The translations under genes and the position numbers were made by a program. A model generated the notes under the pieces. That model saw only the letters and a program-made list of their open reading frames with translations. It was not told the DNA's origin and ran no database searches. A stretch of 64,000 nt of DNA, taken from an uncultured Armatimonadetes bacterium (lineage in GTDB: Bacteria; Armatimonadota; Hebobacteria; Hebobacterales; Hebobacteraceae). Positions 10,828 through 20,420 of the stretch are shown piece by piece. The stretch is from NCBI GenBank assembly GCA_963716175.1, contig OY970296.1, forward strand, positions 3,424,001 to 3,488,000, given 5' to 3'. Positions within the stretch are counted from its first letter, which is position 1. Each line of letters begins with the position of its first letter.

Positions 10828-11576
10828 CGCAGTCGCCGCAGCTTCCACGGCAGCAGCAAAGCCTCCGTGACAATGGAGCCGGACATCTTGGACTGGCCGG
10901 CGCGCCGCTCGGTGAAGCAGATAGGCACCTCCACCACCCGGCACCCGGCCTTGATGGTGCGGTAGGCCATCTCCACCTGGAAACCATAGCCGCGGGTCTT
11001 GACCGCGGCACGGTCAATCGCCTCCAGGGCACGGCGCCGCCAGCAGCGAAACCCGGCGGTAGCATCGCGCACCGCTATGCCCAAAGCCAGTCGCACGTAG
11101 GCGTTCCCCCACCGGCTGAGCAAGCGCCGACGCAGGTCCCAGCCCTCGGTCCGGCCCCCGGGCACCCACCGTGACCCGATCACCAGGTCGGCCTCCCGGG
11201 CCGCTTCCAGCAGGCGCGGCAGGTCAGCGGGATCGTGGGATAGGTCAGCATCCATTTCTATCACGAATTCCACGTCCGGCCGTTTGAGCGCTTCCTCAAA
11301 CGCGGCCAGGTAAGCCGGGCCTAACCCCTGCTTCTGGGGCCGGTGCAGGACACTCACGCGGCTCTCCTGCCGGGCGAGGTCGTCGGCCAGTTCGCCGGTG
11401 CCATCGGGGGAATTGTCGTCCACGATGAGCAGCCGCCAGCCGCCTGGCAGCGCAAGCACCGCGGCCGCGATCCGCGTCAGCATCTCCCGTTCGTTGTAGG
11501 TCGGGATCACGATCAGCGCGCGAGAGGGATCGGGGGGCGGGCGGCGCTCAGTTGTGGGCGCTCCTGACAAACACAT
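10824..11576 (-). CDS. Polyprenol monophosphomannose synthase (GT2, Ppm1/Dpm1-like)
   Basis: IIPTYNE, VDDNSPDGT, EMDADLSHDP, GSRWVPGG, GYGFQVEM, ERRAGQSKMS. Confidence 0.9.
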   Translation of the reverse strand: MCLSGAPTTERRPPPDPSRALIVIPTYNEREMLTRIAAAVLALPGGWRLLIVDDNSPDGTGELADDLARQESRVSVLHRPQKQGLGPAYLAAFEEALKRPDVEFVIEMDADLSHDPADLPRLLEAAREADLVIGSRWVPGGRTEGWDLRRRLLSRWGNAYVRLALGIAVRDATAGFRCWRRRALEAIDRAAVKTRGYGFQVEMAYRTIKAGCRVVEVPICFTERRAGQSKMSGSIVTEALLLPWKLRRLR

Positions 11577-11605
11577 CCTCCTCTGCTACAATACCCCAAC
11601 TCGCG

Positions 11606-12637
11606 ATGCGGATACTGATGATCACCCCCAGCTTTCATCCCTCCATCGGTGGGGTAGAGACCCACGTGCGCCGCGTCTCCGAATGCCTGAGCGGGCGCGG
11701 CCACCAGCTCACCATCCTCACCCATGCCGATCAGCCGTCAGAGGAGACGCTTGGGCCTCTGGCGATCCATCGCCTGCCGCGCAGCAACTGGTGGGCGGCC
11801 TGGCGGGGCGCTCGACCCCACATTGCGGGAGCCGACATCGTCCACTGCCACGATGCCTACAGCTTCCTGCATTTCTATCTTCCCTCCTGCTATCTGCCGC
11901 CCCGCCGCCCGGCCTTCATCACCTTCCACGGCTATGAGCGCTACCCCATACCCGGTGAGGCCCAGCGGTGGCGGCGGTTCGCCCGCCGGCGAGTGCGGGA
12001 TGCACTGTGCATGGGCGAGTTCATCTGTCGCTGGTACGGCACGCCGTGCTTTGGCGTGTCCTATGGCGGAGTGGACCCAGTGCCTGAGCCGCCTGCCCTG
12101 CCGCCGAAGCCGGCGGCGCTGTTCATCGGGCGGCTGGCGGAGGACACCTCCATCATGTTCTACCTGCACGCGCTCTCGCTGCTGAGAAGGGAGCACGGGC
12201 GCAGCTTTCCTATCACCGTGATTGGCGAGGGCCAGTTGCGCGGCCCGGCCGAGCGCTACGCGCAGGCGCAGGGCCTGGAGGCCAGATTCCTGGGAGAGGT
12301 GGCGGATGCGGCCGAGCATTTCGCTGCCGCGGATCTGGCTTTCGTGTCGGGCTATCTGGCGATCTGGCAGGCGCTTGCCGCCAGGCGGCTGGTGTTCTCG
12401 GTATACGAGAACGAGCTGAAGCGGGACTACCTGCGGTGCTTCCCGGAGGCGGAAGAGGTGATGCTGATGGCTGGCGAGCCGGAGGAATTGGCGCACCAGC
12501 TCCTGGACTACTTGGGTGATACCGCAGGGAGCGAAGCCAGGCGGGAGCGCGGCGCGCAACTGGCGTCGGCGCATTCATGGGAAGGTGTGGCCGACCTCTA
12601 TCTCTCGCTCTATCGGACCTATGGCCTCGGCTCATGA
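11606..12637 (+). CDS. Glycosyltransferase family 4
   Basis: MRILMITPSFHPSIGGVETHV, FIGRL; GT-B pattern. Confidence 0.8.
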   Translation: MRILMITPSFHPSIGGVETHVRRVSECLSGRGHQLTILTHADQPSEETLGPLAIHRLPRSNWWAAWRGARPHIAGADIVHCHDAYSFLHFYLPSCYLPPRRPAFITFHGYERYPIPGEAQRWRRFARRRVRDALCMGEFICRWYGTPCFGVSYGGVDPVPEPPALPPKPAALFIGRLAEDTSIMFYLHALSLLRREHGRSFPITVIGEGQLRGPAERYAQAQGLEARFLGEVADAAEHFAAADLAFVSGYLAIWQALAARRLVFSVYENELKRDYLRCFPEAEEVMLMAGEPEELAHQLLDYLGDTAGSEARRERGAQLASAHSWEGVADLYLSLYRTYGLGS

Positions 12638-14760
12638 CTAAGCGCGTCTCTGTCATCACCACCGTCTACAACGAAGAGAACAACATCGCCGCGCTGCTTG
12701 ACGCCCTCCTCGCTCAGACGCGCCAGCCAGATGAGATCGTGATCTGCGACGCGGGCTCGACCGATCGCACCACTGAGATCATCTCTCGCTATGTCGCCCG
12801 CGGACTCCCCGTCCGGCTGGCGGTTGCGCCTGGCGCCAACCGCGCGCGAGGCCGCAATCTCGCCATCAGGCAGGCTGCCGGCGAAGTGATAGCCTCCACC
12901 GACGGCGGCTGCATTCCCGACGCGGAGTGGCTGGCGAGGCTGGTCGCTCCGTTCGAGTCGGAGGAGCCGCCGGAGGTGGTGAGCGGTTACTATCGGCCGG
13001 CCGCGTCGTCGCTGGCGGAAGAAGCCGTGGCCGCGGCCACGGTCCCGGAGGTGGCGGAAGTGGACCCGGGGACGTTCCTTCCCTCCGGCCGGTCGGTGGC
13101 CTTCGCCCGGGAGGCCTGGGAGAGGCTAGGCGGCTATCCCGAGACCATTCCCTTCGCAGAGGATACTGCGTTCGATCTGCGGCTGCGAGCCGCGGGGTGC
13201 CGCTTTCAGTTCGCGCCGGACGCGATTGTGCGCTGGCGCATGCAGGGCTCGGCGCGGGCGGTGTTCCGCCAGTTCTTCCGCTATGCCGAGAGTGATGGCG
13301 AGCTGGGGCATTGGTTCGGGCACTACGCCAAGGCCCGCGCCGGCGCCGCGGCGGTCGCGCTCGCCGCCGCGCTCACCATCTGGGACTGGCGCGGGGCCCT
13401 GCTCTTCCCGTCGCTGGCCTTGCTCTACTGGGGGAGATATGCGGTGCGGGCCTGGGGCCGCGGCGCGCGCTGGCGGCCGGGCTTACTCGCGCCCGCGATC
13501 TCGCTGGTGGTGGACGCGGCCAACCTGACAGGCTATATGCGAGGCCGGCTGCGGCGGCGTCCCCGGCCCAGCGCGCTGCCGATGGACCGGCCGCTGTCAC
13601 TGGCCCAGGTCACCTATACGTACCAGCCGATCGCTGGAGGCGCGGATGTCTATGTCTCGCAGCTCGCCGAGCTGATCGCCTCCGCAGGGCACCACCACCT
13701 GGTCTATCAGCGCCGGACCGAAGGTGCGCCGGGTGATGTGCGCTTTGTCCCCAACCCCTGGCGGGGCCGGGCGCTCGAGTTCTGGACGCAGGCCTTCGGG
13801 CTGCTCGCCCTGCGCCGCGAGCTGCTGGGGCATGACCTGGTGATCTGCCATTACCCACACTACCTGCTCGCGCTCTACCTCATGAGCTGGGGGCGAGACT
13901 GGCCGACGCGGGTGGGCCTCTCGCATGGCGTGTTCTGGGATGACGCGCCGGGCTCATTCCGAAGCTTGCTGAAAGTCCTGCTGACGCGGCTGGCCTTTCG
14001 CCGGGCCCATCTCTATATCGCCAATGACAGCGAGTTTCTGCGCGCCATGGGCTTGCAGATCGCTCCCGGGCAAGGCATGCACTCGCAGGTGGCTCCGGGC
14101 GCATGGTTCATCCCAAATGGCGTAGATACCGAAAAGTTCCGGCCCTCTCCGCCGATCCCGGAGATCGCGGCCCTCAACCCGATCCTGGTGCCGCGCAATC
14201 TCTTCCGCAACCGGGGCATTCATCTCGCCATCGAGGCCTTCGAGCTGTTCATGAAAGACTTCCCGGAGACCAAGCTGCTGATCGTCGGTGGCGGTGGTCA
14301 GCCAGACTACGTGGCCGACATGCGCAAGCGCATCGAGCGGCGCGGCCTGACGGAGAGCGTTTTCTTTCACGGGCCGGTGTCGCATGACGAGCTTCCCGGC
14401 ATCTACTCCAGCTCCCATATGACTCTGATCCCGTCGCTCTGCGGGGAGGGCACATCGCTCGCCGCGTTGGAGAGCATGGCCTGCGGCATCGCCACCATCT
14501 GCACCGAGGTGGCGGGCCTCAAGGATCTGCCCGGCCCGCACTCGCGCCCCACGCCGGTGGGCCTGGCGGAGGTGATGCGGCAGGTCTATCCGGATCGGGC
14601 GCGGATAGGGGAGGAGCAGAGAGAAAAGGTCTTGTCGGGGTATACGATCGAGAAATGGCGGAAGGCCTGGGAGACCGCACTGAGCACCGTGGGCTACACG
14701 GCCCGTGTCAGCGGCGAAGCGCCGCCCCCGCCGCCCCTGGCGGCAACCTGGCCGCCCTAG
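12634..14760 (+). CDS. Fused GT2 + GT4 glycosyltransferase
   Basis: N-terminal GT2 (VITTVYNEE, DAGSTD, TDGG, AEDT), short TM segment, C-terminal GT4 (GGAD, IPNGVD, PSLCGEGTSLAALESMACG). Confidence 0.8.
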   Translation: MTKRVSVITTVYNEENNIAALLDALLAQTRQPDEIVICDAGSTDRTTEIISRYVARGLPVRLAVAPGANRARGRNLAIRQAAGEVIASTDGGCIPDAEWLARLVAPFESEEPPEVVSGYYRPAASSLAEEAVAAATVPEVAEVDPGTFLPSGRSVAFAREAWERLGGYPETIPFAEDTAFDLRLRAAGCRFQFAPDAIVRWRMQGSARAVFRQFFRYAESDGELGHWFGHYAKARAGAAAVALAAALTIWDWRGALLFPSLALLYWGRYAVRAWGRGARWRPGLLAPAISLVVDAANLTGYMRGRLRRRPRPSALPMDRPLSLAQVTYTYQPIAGGADVYVSQLAELIASAGHHHLVYQRRTEGAPGDVRFVPNPWRGRALEFWTQAFGLLALRRELLGHDLVICHYPHYLLALYLMSWGRDWPTRVGLSHGVFWDDAPGSFRSLLKVLLTRLAFRRAHLYIANDSEFLRAMGLQIAPGQGMHSQVAPGAWFIPNGVDTEKFRPSPPIPEIAALNPILVPRNLFRNRGIHLAIEAFELFMKDFPETKLLIVGGGGQPDYVADMRKRIERRGLTESVFFHGPVSHDELPGIYSSSHMTLIPSLCGEGTSLAALESMACGIATICTEVAGLKDLPGPHSRPTPVGLAEVMRQVYPDRARIGEEQREKVLSGYTIEKWRKAWETALSTVGYTARVSGEAPPPPPLAATWPP

Positions 14761-14774
14761 GGTTCCTCGAACCT

Positions 14775-14802
14775 GTTGGGCAGGGGCTTGCCCCTGCCCA
14801 AC
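14775..14802. terminator. Near-perfect hairpin between convergent genes (REP-related)
   Basis: GTTGGGCAGGGGC-TT-GCCCCTGCCCAAC. Confidence 0.6.
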
Positions 14803-14841
14803 GACAGACTCGGCCCCCGTTCCATCTGCGGAATCCGCGGA

Positions 14842-15693
14842 CTACATCTTCAATATCTTGTCCAGGGCCAGCGCGGTATTCGCCAACCGCGTCTCCGGGG
14901 CGTGGGTGTAGTATGGGATCATCTCCGCGATCAGGAAGTCGTTGTAGCCGACTTCCCGCAGGGCCTTCATCACCTCGGGCCAGTTGACATCGCCCTCCAA
15001 CAGATCCACGAAGCCGTTGATGGTGCCCACGCTCTTGCGAAAATCCTTGACATGCACCTTCTTGATGCGCTTGCCCAGGATGCGGATCCACTGCTCGGGG
15101 AAGCCGGTGAGCAGGATGTTGCCGACATCGAAGAACCAGCCCACATACTCGCTGCCGATGCGATCTACAAAATCGCGCGCCTCCAACGGGCTGAGAAAGA
15201 GCTTGTTCCACACGTTCTCGATGCCGATGGCAACCTTGTTCTTCTCCGCTACCTTGGCCAGCTCTTTGATCGCCTCCTCGACCCGCTTGATGGCAACCTC
15301 GTAGGGCACGATCTCGGCCGCCGGGTCGAAGAAGATCTCCACCGCGCCTGGCACCACCAGAATCCCCGTGGCGCCCAGACCTTTCGCCACCTCCAGGCAG
15401 CGCGTAACCGCGTGTTTCCCCTGCTCCCGCTTGGCAGCGTCGGCGGAGGTCAATGGCGTCGCCCACAGCAGGCCGGTGGTCACGGACGCAGCCTGCAAGC
15501 CCGCGCCCTCCAGGGTCTTGCGCACCTTCGCCACCTCCGCGTCGCTCATCCTGATGTTGAGCGGGCCCTCCGGGAAGAGACAGACCTCTATCCCCTCATA
15601 GCCGAGCCGCTTCGCCTCGGCCACTGCTTTGCCCAGGTCCATCTTGCCATCCAGCCCCCCCGGGAACGACCAGTAGTTGATGCCCTTTCTCAC
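14842..15693 (-). CDS. Sugar phosphate isomerase/epimerase (xylose-isomerase-like TIM barrel)
   Basis: GIENVWNKLFLSPLE, DVGN, HVKD; GGAGG RBS before GTG. Confidence 0.85.
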   Translation of the reverse strand: MRKGINYWSFPGGLDGKMDLGKAVAEAKRLGYEGIEVCLFPEGPLNIRMSDAEVAKVRKTLEGAGLQAASVTTGLLWATPLTSADAAKREQGKHAVTRCLEVAKGLGATGILVVPGAVEIFFDPAAEIVPYEVAIKRVEEAIKELAKVAEKNKVAIGIENVWNKLFLSPLEARDFVDRIGSEYVGWFFDVGNILLTGFPEQWIRILGKRIKKVHVKDFRKSVGTINGFVDLLEGDVNWPEVMKALREVGYNDFLIAEMIPYYTHAPETRLANTALALDKILKM

Positions 15694-15729
15694 GTGTTTG
15701 CCTCCTCGCCGTAGTGCTGCACAGGGTTC

Positions 15730-15809
15730 GTTGGGCAGGGCCTTGCCTCCTGCCCGTCGGAGGGCGGGCAAACCCCTGCCCTCCGGGGCAGGTCGCGGAC
15801 CTGCCCTAC
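15730..15809. repeat. Cluster of three REP-like hairpins in divergent intergenic region
   Basis: Hairpins at 15730-15755, 15758-15785 and 15785-15809. Confidence 0.7.
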
Positions 15810-15867
15810 CCGTTGACCGGGGGTAGGCGGCGCAGGTCTTGCCTCACGTCTGGTGAAGGAACCAGAC

Positions 15868-17217
15868 GTGCCCGAGCCCCTAGTCAACACAGGTGATCGC
15901 ATCCGTCTCCACCTCGACTCTCTCGCGGCCGGCGGGGAGGCCGTGGGGCGGCACGAGGGCCTCGCCGTGTTCGCTTTGTGGGGATGCCCGGGCGATGAGG
16001 CCGAGGTCGAGATCACAGAGGTGCAGCAGCGGTTCGCCCGGGGCGTGGTGCGGGAGGTGATCGCCCCGTCGCCCGATCGGGTGACCGCGCCCTGCCCGCA
16101 TTTTGGCTCTTGCGGCGGCTGCCAGATTCAGCACATCGCCTATGCCGCGCAGTTGCGCCATAAGACGTCCATCGTGCGCGACGCGCTGGCTCGCATCGGC
16201 GGTCTGTCTGAGGCTAAGATCGGGGAGACCTGGGGCATGGATGATCCCTGGCATTATCGGAATCGCGTCGAGTACCACGCGCAGCTCGATGAATCGGGCG
16301 ATCTCTACCTCGGCTTCACCCGACATCACAGCCACGACGTGTTCGCGCTGCGGGAGTGCGCGCTCCAGCATCCGCTCTCCGAGCAGGTCCGGCTGGCCTT
16401 GCTGGAGCTGATGCCGCGGCTGGCGCAGGGAGTGGAGGAAAGAGCCAGGCTGCTCGACGCGGAGAGCCTGGTATCCTTCGCCTCCGAGCAGGCGCTAGTC
16501 ACTCTGGTATGTGACGGGCGGCCGCCGTTCGTGCCGCAACTGGCCGATGAGCTGATGAAGGTAAAGGGCGTGGCGGGCGTGGCCGCGGCCCGTGCGCGGG
16601 GCCGGCTGGCCGGTCACCGCTCGCCCGCGGAGACCATCGCCGGCGACGGGCACCTGGTGGAGCGCCTCGATGGTGAGGGGTATCGCATCTCGCCTGACTC
16701 GTTCTTCCAGGTGAACCCGCGGCAGGCGGCGCGCATGGTTGAGCTGGTAAAGGAATGGTCGGCGGTGGGGCGTGGTGACGGGGTTCTGGACCTCTACACC
16801 GGAGTCGGCACATTTTTGCTGCCCCTGGCAAGACGGGCGCACCATGCGGCGGCGGTGGAGGAGTCGGAGGCCGCGCTGGCCGACGCGCGGGCGAACCTGC
16901 GGCGGTGGCGGCTGAGCAACGTGAGCCTTTACGAGGGCCGAGTGGAGCGGGCGCTGCCGCGCCTGGCCCAGCGCGGCTGGAGAAGCGATGTGATCGTGCT
17001 GGATCCGCCGCGCAAAGGCTGCGGCCCCATCGTCTGCGCCTCCGCCGCCAGGCTCACCCCGCGCCGCATCATCCTCGTCTCCTGCCACCCCGCCACCCTC
17101 GCCCGCGACCTCAAGTGCCTGGCCGAGCACGGCTACCTCGCGCGTAAAGTGCAGCCCGTGGATATGTTCCCGCAGACCTGGCACGTGGAGGCGGTGGCGC
17201 TCTGCGAGAAAGCCTAG
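15868..17217 (+). CDS. rlmD: 23S rRNA (uracil-C5)-methyltransferase
   Basis: TRAM domain, CPHFGSCGGC Fe-S motif, SFFQVN, LDPPRKG, DMFPQTWHVE. Confidence 0.9.
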   Translation: MPEPLVNTGDRIRLHLDSLAAGGEAVGRHEGLAVFALWGCPGDEAEVEITEVQQRFARGVVREVIAPSPDRVTAPCPHFGSCGGCQIQHIAYAAQLRHKTSIVRDALARIGGLSEAKIGETWGMDDPWHYRNRVEYHAQLDESGDLYLGFTRHHSHDVFALRECALQHPLSEQVRLALLELMPRLAQGVEERARLLDAESLVSFASEQALVTLVCDGRPPFVPQLADELMKVKGVAGVAAARARGRLAGHRSPAETIAGDGHLVERLDGEGYRISPDSFFQVNPRQAARMVELVKEWSAVGRGDGVLDLYTGVGTFLLPLARRAHHAAAVEESEAALADARANLRRWRLSNVSLYEGRVERALPRLAQRGWRSDVIVLDPPRKGCGPIVCASAARLTPRRIILVSCHPATLARDLKCLAEHGYLARKVQPVDMFPQTWHVEAVALCEKA

Positions 17218-17394
17218 TGGGACGGCGCGTTGGTCGCCCGGGCAACAGCGCGCGTCGCTGGCCCTCACAGACGTAGCTTCCCGAGCATTGACTCCCACGC
17301 TGGGGGACCCATAGAATGCCCGCGCTTGGGAGGATATAGCTCCAGGCTTGCTCCGGGTACGGAAGCGGTTGCGACTAGTCGAGCAAGGGAGGTC

Positions 17395-17955
17395 ATGATG
17401 AGAGTTGCGTCGAGGGCAGTGCTGTCAATCGCTTTTCTGTTCGGCTGCACCGCTGTCGCCAATGCGGCGCGAACGGTCGTTCCCAAGGGAACAGAGGTGA
17501 TGTTGGTGTTTGACCAGGCCGTGAGTTCGAAGACGGCCAAGCCTGGGCAGGCGGTCAAGCTTCACGTCAAGGACGACGTGATGGTGAACCGCACTGTGGT
17601 CGTGAAGGCTGGGACCGAGGTAAAAGGCGTCATCAGCAGGGTCGAGAAGCGCAAGAGGTACGGTGTCAACGCGACGCTGCGCATGGTCTTCAACCCCGTG
17701 AGCACGGTCTTCGGCACCGCTCTCCCCATTCAACCGCGCACCCAGGGAGGTGCCATCGGCAGGAAGACCGCAGGAGCGGCCGCAGCCACTGCCGGTGGCG
17801 CCGTGGTGCTCGGGCCGGTGGGGCTGGTCGGCGGCTACTTCATCTCTGGCAAGACCCTCAACGTGAAGCCGGGCGAAACCATTGCCACCGAGGTCTCGAA
17901 GCGGACCCTAGTGGGGCGGACCGAGGCCACCGCGCGGAAGCGCAAGTCGCGATAG
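17395..17955 (+). CDS. Secreted basic beta-rich hypothetical protein
   Basis: GGGAGG RBS, signal peptide ending ANA, VPKGTEV...VSSKTAKPG pattern, glycine-zipper-like C-terminus. Confidence 0.7.
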   Translation: MMRVASRAVLSIAFLFGCTAVANAARTVVPKGTEVMLVFDQAVSSKTAKPGQAVKLHVKDDVMVNRTVVVKAGTEVKGVISRVEKRKRYGVNATLRMVFNPVSTVFGTALPIQPRTQGGAIGRKTAGAAAATAGGAVVLGPVGLVGGYFISGKTLNVKPGETIATEVSKRTLVGRTEATARKRKSR

Positions 17956-18098
17956 AGGTGAGGCAGTCTGGGGGGTGAAGGCTCGGAGCGCCACGATGCC
18001 GTGAGCAATCGTGTGGGCGGCAGCGCGTGAGCGCTGCCGCCCGCGCTGGCCTCGAGGGCCCTCTGACTGCGGCTTGACTGGCGTGCTATAATGGCCAT

Positions 18099-18944
18099 GT
18101 GAAGCAAGTCCTGGCGGCAGAGATCAGCGCTCGGGTGGCCGAGCTGTGCATCCAGGCCTGCACCGTGCTTCCCCCTGATGTGATCGCGGCGCTGCAGATG
18201 GCGCGCGAGCAGGAGGAGTCGCCGGCGGGCCGCGACGTGCTGTCACGACTGCTGGACAACGCCGCCCTGGCAGCAGATCAACATCTCCCCATGTGCCAGG
18301 ACACCGGCCTGGCCGTGGTCTTTGTTAAGCTGGGGGAGGAGGTCAGGATCGCTGGAGGCAGCCTGGCGAGCGCGATCACGGCCGGGGTGCGGGAGGGCTA
18401 CGAGAGGGGGTATCTCAGGAAATCGGTGGTGATGAGTCCGCTGGACCGGCGCAACACGGGCGACAATACGCCCCCGGTGGTGCACGTCGAATTGGCGCCC
18501 GGGGATGGACTACAGATCACGGTGGCGGCGAAGGGCGCGGGGTCGGAGAACATGAGCCGTCTGCGCATGATGGCGCCGGCCGATGGCATCGAGGAGGTGA
18601 AGCGGCTGGTGGTGGAGACGGTGGAGGGAGCAGGTGCTAGCGCTTGCCCGCCCCTGGTGATCGGCGTGGGGTTGGGGGGCAGCTTCGAGCAGTGCGCTCT
18701 CATTGCCAAGCAGGCGCTGCTCCGCCCGCTCGATGAGCCGAACCCGAGCCCGGAGGAGGCGGCGCTGGAGGCGGAGCTGCTGGAGCTGGTGAACGCTACC
18801 GGGATCGGGCCCATGGGAGTGGGAGGGCGGATCACGGCGCTGGCGGTGAATGTCGCGACCCGCCCCTGCCACATCGCCAGCCTGCCGGCTGCGGTCAACT
18901 TGCAGTGCCACGCCGCGCGGCACGCGTCGTACGAGTGGAAGTGA
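18099..18944 (+). CDS. Class I fumarate hydratase / tartrate dehydratase alpha subunit
   Basis: PMCQDTG, KGAGSEN, ACPP, GIGPMGVGG, HIASLP, CHAARH. Confidence 0.92.
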   Translation: MKQVLAAEISARVAELCIQACTVLPPDVIAALQMAREQEESPAGRDVLSRLLDNAALAADQHLPMCQDTGLAVVFVKLGEEVRIAGGSLASAITAGVREGYERGYLRKSVVMSPLDRRNTGDNTPPVVHVELAPGDGLQITVAAKGAGSENMSRLRMMAPADGIEEVKRLVVETVEGAGASACPPLVIGVGLGGSFEQCALIAKQALLRPLDEPNPSPEEAALEAELLELVNATGIGPMGVGGRITALAVNVATRPCHIASLPAAVNLQCHAARHASYEWK

Positions 18945-19029
18945 GCATGCGCTCCTTTCAGACGTCGCCGTCTGATGTGAGTTGCCCACTATGCAGTTAG
19001 GCCTGACAGCAGAGAGGGATGGCCGTTCA

Positions 19030-19177
19030 TGTAGGGCGGCCATGCGCCCCGGAGCTCGGGCGGAGGGGCGCATAGCCGCCGAGAGTCCCCTCTCAGAGCC
19101 AACCCTCTGGGAGCGCGGCAGCGAGGCGGCGGCGATGCCTCGTGCTTCTGACAAGCACTCGGCATGGCCGCCCTACA
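19030..19177. repeat. Inverted REP pair (REPIN-like)
   Basis: 16-bp terminal inverted repeat TGTAGGGCGGCCATGC ... GCATGGCCGCCCTACA. Confidence 0.75.
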
Positions 19178-19194
19178 AGGCCAGCAGGTAAGCC

Positions 19195-19770
19195 ATGTGT
19201 GACTGCTGCCAACAGCATGAGCCAATCCGTCTCGCCACGCCGCTGACCGAGGCCGGTGTGCTCGATCTGCGCTCAGGCCAGCAAGTGCTGATCAATGGCG
19301 TGATCTACACCGCCCGCGATGCCGCGCACAAGCGCATGGTCGAGGGGCTGGGGCGCGGCGAGGAGCTGCCCTTCGATGTCAGGGGGCAGGTGATCTATTA
19401 CGTAGGTCCGACGGCCGCCCCGCCGGGACGGATCATTGGGGCCGCCGGCCCCACCACCGCCGGCCGCATGGACCGCTATACGCCGGCGCTGCTGGCGCAG
19501 GGCCTCAAGGGTATGATAGGGAAGGGGCCGCGCTCGGCCGAGGTGCGCCGGGCGCTTCAGGAGTACAAGGCGGTCTACTTCGGCGCCATTGGGGGGGCGG
19601 GGGCGCTGCTGGCCCAGTGCATCACCGGGGTGGAGCTGATCGCTTATGAGGACCTGGGGACGGAGGCGATTCGCCGGCTGGAGGTGCGGGATTTCCCGGC
19701 GCTGGTGATCAACGATTGCTATGGAGGAGATGCCTACGCCGAGGGGCGCGAGCGTTGGCGAAGCCGATGA
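19195..19770 (+). CDS. Class I fumarate hydratase beta subunit
   Basis: YTARDAAHKR, GPTTAGRMD, MIGKG, EDLGTEA. Confidence 0.92.
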   Translation: MCDCCQQHEPIRLATPLTEAGVLDLRSGQQVLINGVIYTARDAAHKRMVEGLGRGEELPFDVRGQVIYYVGPTAAPPGRIIGAAGPTTAGRMDRYTPALLAQGLKGMIGKGPRSAEVRRALQEYKAVYFGAIGGAGALLAQCITGVELIAYEDLGTEAIRRLEVRDFPALVINDCYGGDAYAEGRERWRSR

Positions 19771-20420
19771 AGCCGAGACTGGCCATCATTGACTATGGTA
19801 TGGGGAATCTGCGGAGCGTGCAGAAGGCCCTGGAGCGCGTCGGAGCGCAGGCCGACATCATCACCGCTCCCGCCGCGGCCGCGGGTGCGGCGGGCCTGGT
19901 GCTGCCGGGCGTGGGCGCGTTCGGGCAGGCGATGGAGCGGCTGTGCCGCGATGGGTTCGACACACTGGTGAAGGACTGGATCGCGGCCGGTCGGCCGTTC
20001 CTGGGCATCTGCCTCGGGCTCCAGCTTGTGTTCTCGGAGAGCGAGGAGTTCGGCCCGGTGGCCGGCCTGGGCATCGTGCCGGGGCGCGTGGTGCGCTTCT
20101 CGGGGCCGGCCTATGAGTCGCACGATGGAGAGCCAGGCCTGAAGGTGCCGCATATAGGATGGAACGGGCTGCGCGTAGTCAGGCCGCACCCGGTGGTGGC
20201 GGGCCTGCCCGACGGCGCCATGGCCTACTTCGTGCACTCCTACTTCTGCGTGCCCGATGACCCGGATTGGACTGCGATCACGACGGACCACGGGCTCGAT
20301 TTCACCTGCGCCATCGCCCGGGCGAATCTGTTCGCGTCGCAGTTCCACCCCGAGAAGAGCGGCGATGTCGGCCTGCGGATGCTGACCAACTTCGTGGGGC
20401 TGGTCGAGAGGGCGGGATGA
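19767..20420 (+). CDS. hisH: Imidazole glycerol phosphate synthase glutaminase subunit
   Basis: DYGMGNLRSV, PGVGAF, GICLG, FVHSY, QFHPEKS. Confidence 0.95.
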   Translation: MKPRLAIIDYGMGNLRSVQKALERVGAQADIITAPAAAAGAAGLVLPGVGAFGQAMERLCRDGFDTLVKDWIAAGRPFLGICLGLQLVFSESEEFGPVAGLGIVPGRVVRFSGPAYESHDGEPGLKVPHIGWNGLRVVRPHPVVAGLPDGAMAYFVHSYFCVPDDPDWTAITTDHGLDFTCAIARANLFASQFHPEKSGDVGLRMLTNFVGLVERAG

